Position numbers and translations under genes: made by a program. A stretch of 63,091 nucleotides of DNA from Octopus bimaculoides. Taxonomy: Eukaryota. Positions within the stretch are counted from its first letter, which is position 1; each line of letters begins with the position of its first letter. Positions 22,638 to 34,506 of this stretch are shown one piece after another. The stretch is taken from assembly GCF_001194135.2 (NCBI RefSeq), contig NC_068984.1, forward strand, positions 28,291,965-28,355,055, written 5' to 3'. A model generated the notes under the pieces. It did not search any database. It was not told the origin of the DNA and was given only the letters and a program-made list of their open reading frames with translations.

Positions 22638-23172
22638 AAGGTGCGAGCTGGTAGAAATGTTAGCACGCTTAAGAGTATTTCGTCTCTCTTTATGTTCTGA
22701 GTTCAAATCCTGCCGAGGTCAACTTTGCCTTTCATCTGTCAGGGGTTGATAAATTAAGTACCATGGAGGCGCAATGGCCCAGTGGTAAGGGCAGCGGACT
22801 CGTGGTTGGAGGATCATGGTTTCGATTCCCAGACTGGGCGTTGTGTGTGTTTGTGGAGCAAAAACACCTAAAGCTCCATGAGGCTCCGGCAGGGGGTGGT
22901 CGCAACCCTTGTTGTACTCTTTCACCCCAACTTTCTCTCACTCTTTCTTCCTGTTTCTTGAGTAATGCAGCAATGGACTGGCATCCCGTCCAGCTGGCGG
23001 GGAACACATACGCCATAGAAACCAGGAAACCAGGCCCATGAGCCTGGCTAGGCTTTAAAAGGGTGCATAATAATAAAAAAAAAAAATTAAGTTGCATACT
23101 GGGGTTGATCTAATCGACTGGCTCCCTCCCCAAAAATTTCGGGCCTTATGTCTAGAGTAGAAAAGAATATTA
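22638..23172 (+). mobile_element. SINE family A (tail type 2) interrupted by a nested SINE
   Basis: Head and core 22638-22762 stop at aaattaagtacc and resume at 23087 with ttaagttgcatactgggg...ctagagtagaaaagaatatt. Confidence 0.85.
22763..23086 (+). mobile_element. tRNA-derived SINE family C (V-domain-like segment), nested in family A
   Basis: A-box tggcccagtgg, B-box ggtttcgattcc, gcaatggactggcatcccgtccag motif, (TAA)n/polyA tail. Confidence 0.8.
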
Positions 23173-23182
23173 GTCATGAAAT

Positions 23183-23375
23183 TAAGGTGGTGAGCTGACG
23201 GAATTGTTATTGCACCAGAAAAAGGCTTAGCAGCATCTTGTCCGACTTTACATTCTGAGTCCAAACGCTCTCAAGGTTGACTTTTCCCTTCATCCTTTTG
23301 GGGTCAATAAAATTAGTACCAGTTGAGCATTGGGGTCAATGCAATCAACTTATCCACTCTCAAAAAATTGTTTGA
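23183..23375 (+). mobile_element. SINE family A, diverged (tail type 3)
   Basis: aaggtggtgagctgacggaattgtta...cttcatccttttggggtcaataaaattagtaccagttgagcattggggtc...aatttgtttgaaac-like end. Confidence 0.7.
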
Positions 23376-23534
23376 AACCAATATCAATAGTAAAATTCCT
23401 GTAGAGTGAATTTAAATGCGTGTATGTGTGTGTGCTTGTGTGTATGTTTGTGCGTGTGCATATGTGCATATTTGTGCGGGTGTGTGTGTGTGTACACTTG
23501 CTCACATGAAAAATATGTGTGTATGTGTGCATTC

Positions 23535-23730
23535 TTTTACTTGTTTCAGTCATTTGAATGCAGCCATGCTGGAGCATCTCCTTTTAGTCAAGCAAATCGA
23601 CCCCAGGACTTATTCTATGTAAGCCTAGTACTTATTCTATCGGTCTCTTTTGCCGAATCGCTAAGTTACGGGAATGTAAACACACCAGCATCAATTGTCA
23701 AGCGATATTGGGGGGACAAATGTATACACA

Positions 23731-23768
<38 letters not shown>

Positions 23769-23890
23769 CGATGGGCTTCTTTCAGTTTCCATCTACCAAA
23801 TCCACTCACGAGGCTTTGGTCGGCCTGAAGCAAGCTATAGTAGAAGATACTTGCCCAAGGTGCCACATAGTGGGACTGAACCCAGAACCA
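23535..23890 (-). mobile_element. SINE family B, near full length
   Basis: Reverse complement of 32161-32560 (cttttacttgtttcagtcatttga...ccaaatccactcacgaggctttggtcggcc...cttgcccaaggtgccac). Confidence 0.9.
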
Positions 23891-24589
23891 CACGTGTATA
23901 TATTTATAAATATAAGTATCTGTATATTTGAAAGTGTCCATACATGTGCAATTGTGTATGTATGTAAGCGCAATGAAAGAAAAACATACTAATATTAATA
24001 GAAAAATGCCTATACAGTTAATTTAAATGCATATATATACATGTGTGTGTATGTGTGTGTGCTTATCTATAAATTGTTTGGATTTTAGTAAAGATATTTA
24101 AGCTCCTATTCTATTTGAAGAATGTCCATACAATAATTTATGTGTATGGTTTTTGCATCCATATTTGCTCCTTGGTTTCATTAAATGATATTTATTATAA
24201 CTTACTGACATTCTAAAACACATTTATATCGCTTAAGCTTTTATTTCTAAATGATTTATAGCTATAATTAATTATTTAACCTATACCCATAAAAGAGTGA
24301 GTATCAGAAAAGTTATGAGCATACTCTTGGATGACAGTTTCTAATATATTAATAAGTTTTATTTGTTTGAATTTAGACAACATAGAAAATATATACTTAA
24401 TGGTGTCTTTACTCACTTATATCTAAAATACTGCATCACTAAGTTTACGTCATGAATATTTGAAAATATTCATTCTAAATTATTGTCTAAATCAATGACT
24501 AGAATCAGAATAAATTAAGTGTGAATTTTGTATCAGTTGCTCAACTGTGTCCTCTTACCCTAAAACTTTAGAAAAGACTATGCATCATC

Positions 24590-25680
24590 AACATCATCAT
24601 GATCATCATCACCATCGTTGTTTTCATCGTCATCATCATTATCATTGTCATTCTACGTCCACTTTCCATGCTGGCATGGGTTCGATGGATCATCATGGTC
24701 CAAGTTATTTCTTATGAAGAGGGTGGGTTAGGAGTGCAATACTCTCATAGACTGGTTCTCCTGCTTGTCATTTAGCTCGGTTTCTGAGACTGGATTCCCA
24801 TCTCATTGCCAACGACTTTACAAAATATACTGAGTATAATTTTCTTCTGGCTCCAAGGCATGATTAGATGATTCTCACAATCCTTCACTTTCTCTGTTTA
24901 GTTTAGGAGAGAGAACAATGAAAGGAGAGAGGCCAGAATGGGTTGGTGGAAGAAGCATGAGTGTATCTGTAGAGCAGTATTTCTCAACCGGGGTTCCCTG
25001 GAACCCTAGGGTTTCCTCAAAAAGTTCCTAGGGGTTCCACCAGAAAGAGTGAAATAAGCTAATTTCATGATCATAATATCACTATACATGCACAACATAT
25101 TATTGGTTATTGTAATATACAAAAAATATAACAACCATTGCAGATATATTTAGTGATGTCTGTAATTTATGGGTACCTCATATATATATATATATACATA
25201 TGTGCATATATATATATATATAATATTTATCATGTGAAGTGCAATGAAAAAATATGAGAAAGATGTGGTGTATAATTTTTTTGTGCAGGGGTTCCGAAAG
25301 ACATGTAATTTATTTTAAGGGTTACACAAGGGTAAAAAGGTAAAAGAGGTTGAGAAATACTGTTGTAGGCTACTAAGTAACAAAAAATATGTACTTTTGT
25401 TCAGGTGACTGATGAGGAGAATAGGAGAGAGAGTAGTGCCAGTAGAAAGGCCAGAATAGGTGCATGAAAGGAACAAGAGTACAATGAAATAATGTTATTG
25501 AGATGGAAAGCAGGGAGAGAATGATGGACAAACAAGAGGAAGTGATGAGTGACAATAGCAGTGGCCCAAAAGAGAGAGAAAGAGTGGTTGTTTGCAGTAG
25601 AGAAAGGGTGAACACATAGTGCATTAAGTATAAATGATTCAATGCAGAAGGCAGAGTTTGGTATTTATATAATATGCATA
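24590..25680 (-). mobile_element. Old RTE 3' UTR (purine-rich subfamily) split by a hAT MITE
   Basis: (CAT)n tail plus cgtccactttccatgctggcatggg at ~24655. The purine-rich UTR continues on both sides of 24975-25362. Confidence 0.5.
24975..25362. mobile_element. hAT-superfamily MITE (388 bp)
   Basis: Perfect 15-bp TIRs CAGTATTTCTCAACC (24975-24989) and GGTTGAGAAATACTG (25348-25362). Degenerate 8-bp TSD ctgtagag / ttgtaggc. Subterminal ggggttcc motifs. Confidence 0.9.
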
Positions 25681-25891
25681 GCAAAACTGCAAACCAAATT
25701 TATTTTCTGCACAAAAAATTAAATCTTTTCATATATGAGAAAATTATTGTGATATAATTGAGGCAATAACAGAACCTTCTAATGCTTGCTCGACCTGCAA
25801 GAAATAGCAGCCAAATCTTTCTCAAAAACATCAACTACCATTACATTGAGAAACTACCATTACATTACACTACATTACTACCATTACATTG

Positions 25892-26148
25892 AAGAAACCT
25901 TTTGGATACAAACAGGCAAAGCTTTTTTCTCTATTTGATTCCAGTAAACTTGCACTCTCAAAGATATATCTTTATCAATCGACTCCTTGCCGATAATAGG
26001 ATAAGAAATAGCCATGTATATATCACTCAAAATACTAAAAAATATACAACATTCCACTTCACTCGCTGAGTATATCTGGAGTTGAAAGGATAATTATATT
26101 AGCATTTATAAAATCGACTTCCTGTATACAGCACAGGCATTATATATA
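25892..26148. repeat. ~257-bp direct repeat, copy 1
   Basis: aagaaaccttttggatac...gcacaggcattatatata recurs at 27943-28199 with scattered substitutions and 1-nt indels. Confidence 0.9.
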
Positions 26149-26559
26149 CACTTAAAGATATAGGTTAATCACAATTCGTTTGATCATAAATCTGCAGGAG
26201 GCTGAATGAGTTGAAATTAAACAGCAACAGCTTAACTATGATAAATTTTCTGTGAAAACTTTACCACTGCAAAATAAAACATCTGTAGACTGTTCAGATA
26301 TAAGGAACAGTGTTACAGTTCCAGAATAAAACACAACAGAGTAAATAACAAAACACCCTTCAACTGATTAGTGCAATGCACTTCAACCACTGGCAGTGTG
26401 CTGCAGATTCAAGACAAAAATTGCATTGCTTTGTTCCATTCTTAAATGCTTGCACCTTATCTAATACTATCCATGGAATACTGGTGATCTCTTCTTTGTT
26501 TCTTGAGAGAATAGATTATATACAAATACAAAATAGGAAAGAATTTTTGTATGGGACAA

Positions 26560-27918
26560 TCATCATCATTATAATAATTGATTAATGTCCCCTTTCCATG
26601 CTAGCATGGGTGGGATGGTTTCACAAGAGCCAACAAGGCCAAAGCCTGCACCAGACTTCTGTGACTGTTTAGGCAGGATTTTTACAGCTGGATGCCCTTC
26701 CTAACACCAACCACTCATCAGAGTGAACTTAGTGCTTTTTTCATGGCACAAGCACAGGCAATGTGAGTAGTGCTTTTTACATGGCACAAGCACAGGCGAG
26801 GTCAGTTTTGACAAGGTTTTTACAGCTGGATGCCCTTCCAAACACCAACCACTCATCAGAGTGGACTGGATGTTTTTAAGTGATACTTGCACTAACAAGG
26901 TCACCAAGTACTTGCATGACAAAAAAAAAAAACTTTCAAGAGAGGAGGAGGCATTGAAGGAGGTGATTTTGTGTTGGATGATGAAAAGGTTGTAGTGAGA
27001 CAGATACAGGTGTCTTGCTGCAGAGGAAGTACAAGGTTACCTGGCCAGAGAAAGAAAGATCAGGAATGAAGACAGAAACAGGTGTGCTACTGCAAAGGAA
27101 ATACACAGCTACCCAACTTGAGAGTGGTGCAGGAGAAGGAGAGAGTGTGGGAGACAGCAGGATAGAGATGGTAGGAAAATGTTGGGCATACTCACAAGGG
27201 ATGGGATTGGGATCAGAATATAAATGGGATGGTTGAGTAAAGGAAGAGAGAGTTATAGATGGTGGCAAGTGCCAGGGCATACTCTTGAGGTTCAAATGCC
27301 ATAATATAAGAGGCAGGATATTGCGATGGGAGTGCGAGTAAGTGGCAAAAGACCAGGGTATGTACAGAGTTGGGGGGCTACTGGATAACAATGATACAGG
27401 GGTATGAGGACAGAATTGGGGAGTGAGAGCTAGGTATAGTGTATGAAGGAGTTATGTGTGTATGGAACATATGGGCTGGGGGCTAGCAAATAGGAATAAT
27501 AGAGTGAGACAAGGCATGTGGGTAGAACACACAGGTCGGGGCAGCAGAGAGCAATGATGCAGTGGCACAGGGCCAAGAGGACAGGATTGGGGAATGGGAG
27601 GTAATCAAAGTACATGAAGCGGAAATGTGAAGAAGAAAAAATATATAGAGACATGGTTCTGTTTGTTATAGTAGAGGGTATGAGAAGTTTCCTTGTTAAG
27701 TGTGGGTGGTACACACAGCGCTTCTAGAACTCAGTTTCCCTGATGTGGGTCTTTCCAAGAACTTCATATTGCCAGACATCTCAGTAGATTGTCATTTCTT
27801 CCGTGAGGCCAACTTCTTGAGATCAGTCCTTACCACTTCATCCCACATCTTCTTGGGTCTCCCTCTTTCAGTGATCGGCACTTCTTAATGCAGCTGTCTT
27901 CACTCATATGCATCACTG
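26560..27918 (-). mobile_element. 5'-truncated RTE LINE: ORF C-terminus, long 3' UTR and (GAT)n-like tail
   Basis: 27725-27918 translates VMHMSEDSCIKKCRSL..RGRPKKMWDEVVRTDLKKL. The UTR resembles 45340-45980. Internal duplications at 26680-26865. Tail tcatcatc at ~26560. Confidence 0.8.
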
Positions 27919-27942
27919 TTGCTTCAATTATCAGTGCAACAA

Positions 27943-28199
27943 AAGAAACCTTTTGGATACGGACATACAAAGCTTTTTCTCTATTTAATTCCAGTAAACC
28001 TGCACTCTCAAATGTATATCTTTATCAATCGACCCTTTGCAGATTATAGGATAAGAAATAGCTATGTACATTTCACTAAAAATGCTAAAAAAATATACAA
28101 CATTCCACTTCACTCTCTGAGTATATCTGGAGTTGAAAGGATAATTATATTAGCATTTATAAAACCGACTTCCTGTATATAGCACAGGCATTATATATA
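27943..28199. repeat. ~257-bp direct repeat, copy 2
   Basis: Matches 25892-26148 and abuts the 5' truncation point of the RTE at ~27918. Confidence 0.9.
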
Positions 28200-30068
28200 T
28201 ATTAATTCTAGGGAGCACAATTTCTTTCACCTGGAGAAGTACAACATTCTGTTATAACTAATTGCAATTCAGGATGCAAGATCAAATTTGAGTAATTCTT
28301 GAAAATAAATCAATAACTACTTATTGAGAAATTGCAAACTACCTACTGACTACAATATCTTATTTTCTAGATAGGAGATATGCCACATTCTGAAATATGA
28401 CCATATATTTCAAAGAAGTAAAAAAAACATTCATTTATTCATCGAAATTAAAATTTCACCATCAAAGACACTTCAAATTCTTTTGTGTATTTTATACACA
28501 TAGCACCGAAGAGAGAGCAATATCAATGTTTTTATTGCGTGTATAGAATGAAAACAACGTGTGTTCCACGCATAGCACTAAAAAATATTTATGGGATGCA
28601 TTTCACAAATTTTTTTCTGACAACCGATAAAATGTCAATCTATTGTTGTCTATCATATTTCAACGTTTCTGAGAAAATTTTTTGTTTCTTTTATTATCAC
28701 ACTGTTTCCTAATCTCAGTCGCCTGAACAATTGGAAACATGAAATTCAGAGTTACACTTCAAGAACTTCTAGGTTTCACTAAAATGTGTGCACGTGTGTG
28801 TGTGTGTATTCATGTGTGCGTTTTTATACGTATATACTCTGATTGTGTGTGTACATACTTATGTACATAAACATATATATTAGTGTAAAGCCTTGTTTCA
28901 TATATTGTACAGCTGTATGTATGCCCGAGGAAACCATAAAACTCCTCAATGTGAAATCCTTACACTCAGTGTACGTTTCTACCTATATTTTATCACTTTG
29001 CACATGAGTAAAACTTTGGTCATATCTAACACATTTTAAAATTCATAACAATCTACTACTACTATTACTACTACTACTATTACTACTACTACTACCACTA
29101 CTTTCATCAGTGTTATTAAATATGTGACATGACATAAATATCTTTCTCCCTCCGCACGATCATTGTCAGTTCGCTTTTCTGTTTGGTGGTCTTTTCATTT
29201 CATATTAATTTCTCATAAGCAATTAACTACAAATTATTTTGTGCTATCTATTGATTATTTTATTTTCAAAAATAGGACACATATACATGGAAACTATTGT
29301 TCGCTATCGAGAGATGAACAATCAGTAAAACATGCTTCAAACTTGCTAGAAACACAAATGCATTTCAAAGAATATTACTATTGTCTATCTTCTTAATGTC
29401 AATTACTGTATATTCTTACTGTAACATATATTATCACTATGATAGAAAAATCAAATGTATGTGTGTTTAGCAGTGTTTTGTATTAGGTAAGAATAGAGTC
29501 AGCATTGAATGGTTACGTCTGATTATCACACGTTAAGTAAGGTACATGTATTAGTTAGTGTGTGTGTGTGTGTGTGGCCGCGTGTGTATAATAAATTTCC
29601 GTTGGTTTCGGAGATTAGTATTCAGTTGTATGATCGACTAAATTATCTGTTTTTTTAATTCATGTGAAGTTACTAAATATTTTACTAAATATTTTACTAG
29701 ATATTCGACAGACACGTGTATTCATAAAGTAATTCTCGCATAGTTCCACCGTGACATTATATGACAAAGCTGAACATTAATTTTTAAATTACAGTTACAG
29801 TCCATCCAACGAGTTTTCACACAGTTTCCATCAGCCCAATTTCACCCATGGGGCATATGTTTATTTCCAGGCTTTAGCAGAGGAATCCTTCAGAAGCTGT
29901 CACTTTATGAGATCGGACCAAGAACCTCGTCATTTTGATTGGAATTGCCTTGCCATTCAAGGGATTTCTTAAGCATGCTATATCTACACCTCCCACACAC
30001 ACATTATGTACAACAAATGTGTATAAGGAAGAATTACTTCTGCTGGCCATTCAAAACTATTGGATATA

Positions 30069-30734
30069 TACCAGGAGGTACCTAAAAGTCACCGGAAACG
30101 TTCTCTGTGGGACAAACCTGTTGTAATTCAGGCTTCTACCACTAGATGCCACTTGATGTGAAGTTTACAAGTAGTTTCCATGCTTTAGAAATGGTTACTT
30201 GTCGCTTGATGACCAACCTCGTTCAGGACAACCATCGATCTCCCCGAACAAATGAAAACATCATGAAAATTCATGAACTGTTCTTGGAGGACCATCACCG
30301 AACAATTGACAAACACGTTGATAAGACTGGTGTCTCCTGGAGCTCCTGCCAACGAATTTTGAGTGAAGAATTGCGCATGAAAACTGTTGTGGCAAAATTT
30401 GTATGACACTTGCTCACAGAAGATCAAAAGCAGTCATGACAGAATGCATGTTGTGAACTGAAAGAACAGCTGCAAGTTGATCCGGGCGTTTTTTGAAGGT
30501 CATCATTGGTGATGAAAGCTGGTGCTATGGAATTTGAGGATGAAGAAGAGGTGAAGAAAAAACGACAGAAGCATTAAAAGACATCACTTCGCAAGAGTTC
30601 CAGCACTGCTTCGAACTGTGAAAGACCCACCTGGACTGATGCATTACTTCAAATGGATAACTATGTAAGCATGTAACACTAAATGAATAAAATAATATTG
30701 CGAAATTCTGGTTTCGTTTGGATACCCCCTCGTA
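30069..30734 (+). mobile_element. Non-autonomous mariner, same family and same catalytic deletion as 10220-11086 (copy 2)
   Basis: TA-flanked TIRs ccaggaggtacctaaaagtcaccggaa / ttctggtttcgtttggataccccctcg. RSPRTNENIMKIHELFLEDHHRTID...AKFV; IGDESWCYG joined to EEVKKK..EALKDITSQEFQHCFEL. Confidence 0.9.
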
Positions 30735-30758
30735 TATAGATATGTATGTATGCATATA

Positions 30759-31015
30759 TCGTCGTTTAACGTCCGCTTTCCATGCTAGCATGGGTTGAAC
30801 GATTTGACTGAGGACTGGTGAAACCAGATGGCTACACCAGGCTCCAATCTGATTTGGCAGAGTTTCTACAGCTGGATGTCCTTCCTAACGCCAACCATTA
30901 CGAGAGTGTAGTAGATGCTTTTACCTGCGGGCAGTACTGGCAACGACCACGCTCAAAATGGTGTATTTTACGTGCCACCCGCACAGGAGGCAGTTCGGCG
31001 GCACTGGCAACGATT
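30759..31015 (-). mobile_element. RTE 3' UTR, 5'-truncated
   Basis: tcgtcgtttaacgtccgctttccatgctagcatggg...cgtgccacccgcac...cactggcaacg. Confidence 0.9.
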
Positions 31016-31211
31016 GGTTTCGTGTTGGGAAAGATATCTCTCAACAATTATTCAAGTCTCTACGTTGAGACGTTGGTGTTCCTCTCCGTCTGGAATACGG
31101 TACCGGCCGGTAACGTATTTTTCTGCAATATATGGATAATTTATCCTGATCACGCTATTTATAGCATTCTCACGCGTTTGAGAAATGAATTTATTTCTGT
31201 ATCTTATATAT

Positions 31212-32121
31212 NNNNNNNNNNNNNNNNNNNNNNNNNNNNNNNNNNNNNNNNNNNNNNNNNNNNNNNNNNNNNNNNNNNNNNNNNNNNNNNNNNNNNNNNN
31301 NNNNNNNNNNNNNNNNNNNNNNNNNNNNNNNNNNNNNNNNNNNNNNNNNNNNNNNNNNNNNNNNNNNNNNNNNNNNNNNNNNNNNNNNNNNNNNNNNNNN
31401 NNNNNNNNNNNNNNNNNNNNNNNNNNNNNNNNNNNNNNNNNNNNNNNNNNNNNNNNNNNNNNNNNNNNNNNNNNNNNNNNNNNNNNNNNNNNNNNNNNNN
31501 NNNNNNNNNNNNNNNNNNNNNNNNNNNNNNNNNNNNNNNNNNNNNNNNNNNNNNNNNNNNNNNNNNNNNNNNNNNNNNNNNNNNNNNNNNNNNNNNNNNN
31601 NNNNNNNNNNNNNNNNNNNNNNNNNNNNNNNNNNNNNNNNNNNNNNNNNNNNNNNNNNNNNNNNNNNNNNNNNNNNNNNNNNNNNNNNNNNNNNNNNNNN
31701 NNNNNNNNNNNNNNNNNNNNNNNNNNNNNNNNNNNNNNNNNNNNNNNNNNNNNNNNNNNNNNNNNNNNNNNNNNNNNNNNNNNNNNNNNNNNNNNNNNNN
31801 NNNNNNNNNNNNNNNNNNNNNNNNNNNNNNNNNNNNNNNNNNNNNNNNNNNNNNNNNNNNNNNNNNNNNNNNNNNNNNNNNNNNNNNNNNNNNNNNNNNN
31901 NNNNNNNNNNNNNNNNNNNNNNNNNNNNNNNNNNNNNNNNNNNNNNNNNNNNNNNNNNNNNNNNNNNNNNNNNNNNNNNNNNNNNNNNNNNNNNNNNNNN
32001 NNNNNNNNNNNNNNNNNNNNNNNNNNNNNNNNNNNNNNNNNNNNNNNNNNNNNNNNNNNNNNNNNNNNNNNNNNNNNNNNNNNNNNNNNNNNNNNNNNNN
32101 NNNNNNNNNNNNNNNNNNNNN
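31212..32121. other. Assembly gap (other gaps: 691-700, 1103-1392, 1963-1972, 12317-12612, 60389-61173)
   Basis: Runs of N. Confidence 1.
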
Positions 32122-32160
<39 letters not shown>

Positions 32161-32162
<2 letters not shown>

Positions 32163-32560
32163 CGCAGGCGTGGATATGTAGTAAGAAGCTTACTTCCCAG
32201 GAGCATGGTTCCAGGTTCAGTCCCACTGTGTGGCACCTTGGGCAAGTGTTTTCTACTATAGCCTCAGACTAGCCAAAGCCATGTTAGTGAATTTGGTTGA
32301 CGAAAACTGAAAGAATCCCGTCGTATATAATACATACATTTGTGTGTTTGTGTCTGCGTTTTCCCTTACCATAGCTCGACAACCAATGTCAGTGTGTTTA
32401 CGTCCCCGTAACTTAGTGGTTCAGCAAAACAGACCGATTGAATAAGTATTAGGTTTATAAATAATAAGCCCTGGGGGTCTATTCATTTGACAAAGTTTCC
32501 TTAATGTGATGCTTCAGCATGGCAGTAATCAAATGACTGAAACAAGTAAAAGAATAAAAA
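32161..32560 (+). mobile_element. tRNA-derived SINE family B, full length
   Basis: Head ggcgcaggcgtgg..gtagtaagaagct, B-box ggttcagtccc, ggcaccttgggcaagtg, tail gactgaaacaagtaaaagaataaaa. Confidence 0.9.
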
Positions 32561-32576
32561 TATATATACATATATA

Positions 32577-32737
32577 CGATGGGCTTCTTTCAGTTTCCGT
32601 CTACCAAATCCACTCACATGGATTTGGCTGGTCTGAGGCTATAGTAGAAGACACTTGCCCAAGGTGCCATGCAGTGGAATTGAACTTGGAACCATGTGGT
32701 TAGAAAGCAAGCTTCTTACCGCATAACCGCACCTGCA
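32577..32737 (-). mobile_element. SINE family B head, inverted relative to the adjacent copy
   Basis: cgatgggcttctttcagtttccgtctaccaaatccactc...cttgcccaaggtgcc...aagcttcttacc...cgcacctgc is the reverse complement of 32161-32325. Confidence 0.9.
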
Positions 32738-33260
32738 TCTATATTACAAATAATCTTTCGGATTTTGTTCTTTGGCATTTTTATTTTGCAATCTTTGAGT
32801 TATTAGTCTTTTTGCATTTTGCGGTGGGCAATTCTGTGTTTCTTTTTATGATTCTTTGTGCCTTATTTTCCCTACCTCGAGGCTTACTTTCGTTTCTCCT
32901 TGTGGTTTTGCAACACTTATTTCCAATTCATGTCAGATTGTGATTTCCCCTTTGTAATAATCTTCGGCTTCGTTCTGCACTGTTCGACATTAAATGTCGA
33001 AGAATTTGTGATAGAACTTCGTCTGTTTGGCTTACACTTATGTGTTGAATATTTTAAAAGTCTGAATTACACCTAGTTGCCATATGGAGTTTCTTTCTCA
33101 TAAACATTGCCTCACTTTCCTATCCCGTGTCAATTACTGCCTTCTTTTACCCAAATTTTCTGCATGCATTACAAATTAACACCTTCCAATAACTGAACAC
33201 ACTCTGTCTCATGCAGTCACACACACACATTATGTAGTATACAAAGCAGTGTATCACTTT

Positions 33261-33307
<47 letters not shown>

Positions 33308-33489
33308 TATGGTATAAAACTACAATGTGTCTCTCTATATGCAGTTAGGTCTATGTCTGCGCATTGAGTGACCAATGGTTCTGCATCCATAATTGGCTTG
33401 ACCCCATGGATGGCTCGTCAGACTCTAAAGCCAAAGACAAGTGTATCCATCCATCTATCTATCTATCTATCTATACATCCAGATAGACG

Positions 33490-33725
33490 ATATCTAAACA
33501 TCCAGATAGACAATACAAAGAAAACAAGGACGGGTCATTAGTTTTCTTTCCTCAGTCAAGTTCCAGATTATCTTTGCAATTTCAGCTGGTTATACTCGAG
33601 ATTGCTCCAATCTGGCCAGCTCCAAAGAAAAACTAAGCTAAGAGCATTAGATTCCTTGGAAGAAAGCAGCGAATGTATATGAAAACAAGGACGGAAAGAA
33701 ACAGAGAAAATTACACAAAGACGAC
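33490..33725. repeat. Fragment of an unclassified interspersed repeat
   Basis: gcaatttcagctggttatactcgagattgctccaatctggccagc...gagcattagattccttggaagaaagcagcgaat is recalled as a recurrent octopus repeat. It is single copy in this window, so this cannot be verified here. Confidence 0.3.
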
Positions 33726-34188
33726 TTAAGTAGTTATGTGCAGATGAAAGAGATGTATGGAAAGAGTAGAAGAGAAAGGGTGAATGACTAAATGCGAATG
33801 TACCCTGCCATAGTACGATTTTCAAGTCATTAGCAGTTTGTATCACAGATTGTTCAAGTTTGGTTGTTGAACAACTTAAATTTCACCCAACTTAACACAT
33901 GACTATATCTGACTTCTGTTCTCCACAGTCTGTTTCTCTATCTGTCTCTTCAGCTTCTCCTGTCACAGTGTCTTGGTTGGTCCTCATTTAGTAAGTTCCC
34001 CCTCTGAATAAATGGTTTTGCTCCATACTCTCATCTCCAAATTTATTAATTTATCCAAATTTTCTGACTTTACTAAAGAATTTTTGGTTACGTAGAATGA
34101 AATCTCTTAGTTTTCTTTTTATTTTCTGGTGTATTTACATTTATGGTTTAATATTTGAACTTGTATGCAAATATCAAATTAGGTTTAC

Positions 34189-34228
<40 letters not shown>

Positions 34229-34466
34229 GTAATAATGAATTATGAATGATGATGAATAAACCTTCCTTCTCCTCCTCCTCCTTCTGTAAAATTACTTTAA
34301 TTTAATGCAATGCAATGCTTAACCTACCCTAGATTCCAGACCACGTTTTACAGATGAGATCCAACTAGATCGACATAGCAGTTATATACGATTGTTTAGA
34401 AATCTATGATTAAAAGGAAATTCAAAAGAAACAAAAATAAATGCACAATGATAATATTCCTTTCAG

Positions 34467-34506
34467 ATCACAAACAAAATAAAAAGAAATAAAATATGGA
34501 TTCCTG
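34467..34506 (+). CDS. Candidate start-codon-bearing exon (5' UTR plus ATG GAT TCC TG)
   Basis: atattcctttcag| acceptor, CCTG|gtatga donor, ATG at 34496. Lies at the boundary between the CpG-retaining and CpG-poor blocks. Confidence 0.25.

Noticed and set aside
22763-22845. tRNA-like heads (also 32161-32240 and 526-615) as tRNA genes
   Set aside because: They have A and B boxes but no complete cloverleaf or acceptor stem, and they continue into SINE bodies.
27997-28130. Minus-strand reading SEMYIAISYPIICK resembling a GPCR DRY/TM3 motif
   Set aside because: The duplicate copy at 25892-26148 has frameshifts and mostly non-synonymous differences, and no other TM segments are nearby.
29678-29712. 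Short 14-bp tandem tactaaatatttt and similar AT-rich mini-repeats (e.g. 25840-25890)
   Set aside because: Ordinary slippage products in AT-rich DNA with no further structure.
30818-32261. Very long ORFs of 330-447 aa (also 997-1425, 12087-12752, 60123-61219)
   Set aside because: They span N-gaps; the defined parts are RTE UTR, SINE or microsatellite sequence.
33535-33565. CTGAGGA...GAAA on the minus strand (and CTGATGAG at ~2948) as possible hammerhead ribozymes
   Set aside because: No stem II, and no stem I/III pairing around a cleavage triplet; the 2948 site lacks a downstream GAAA.
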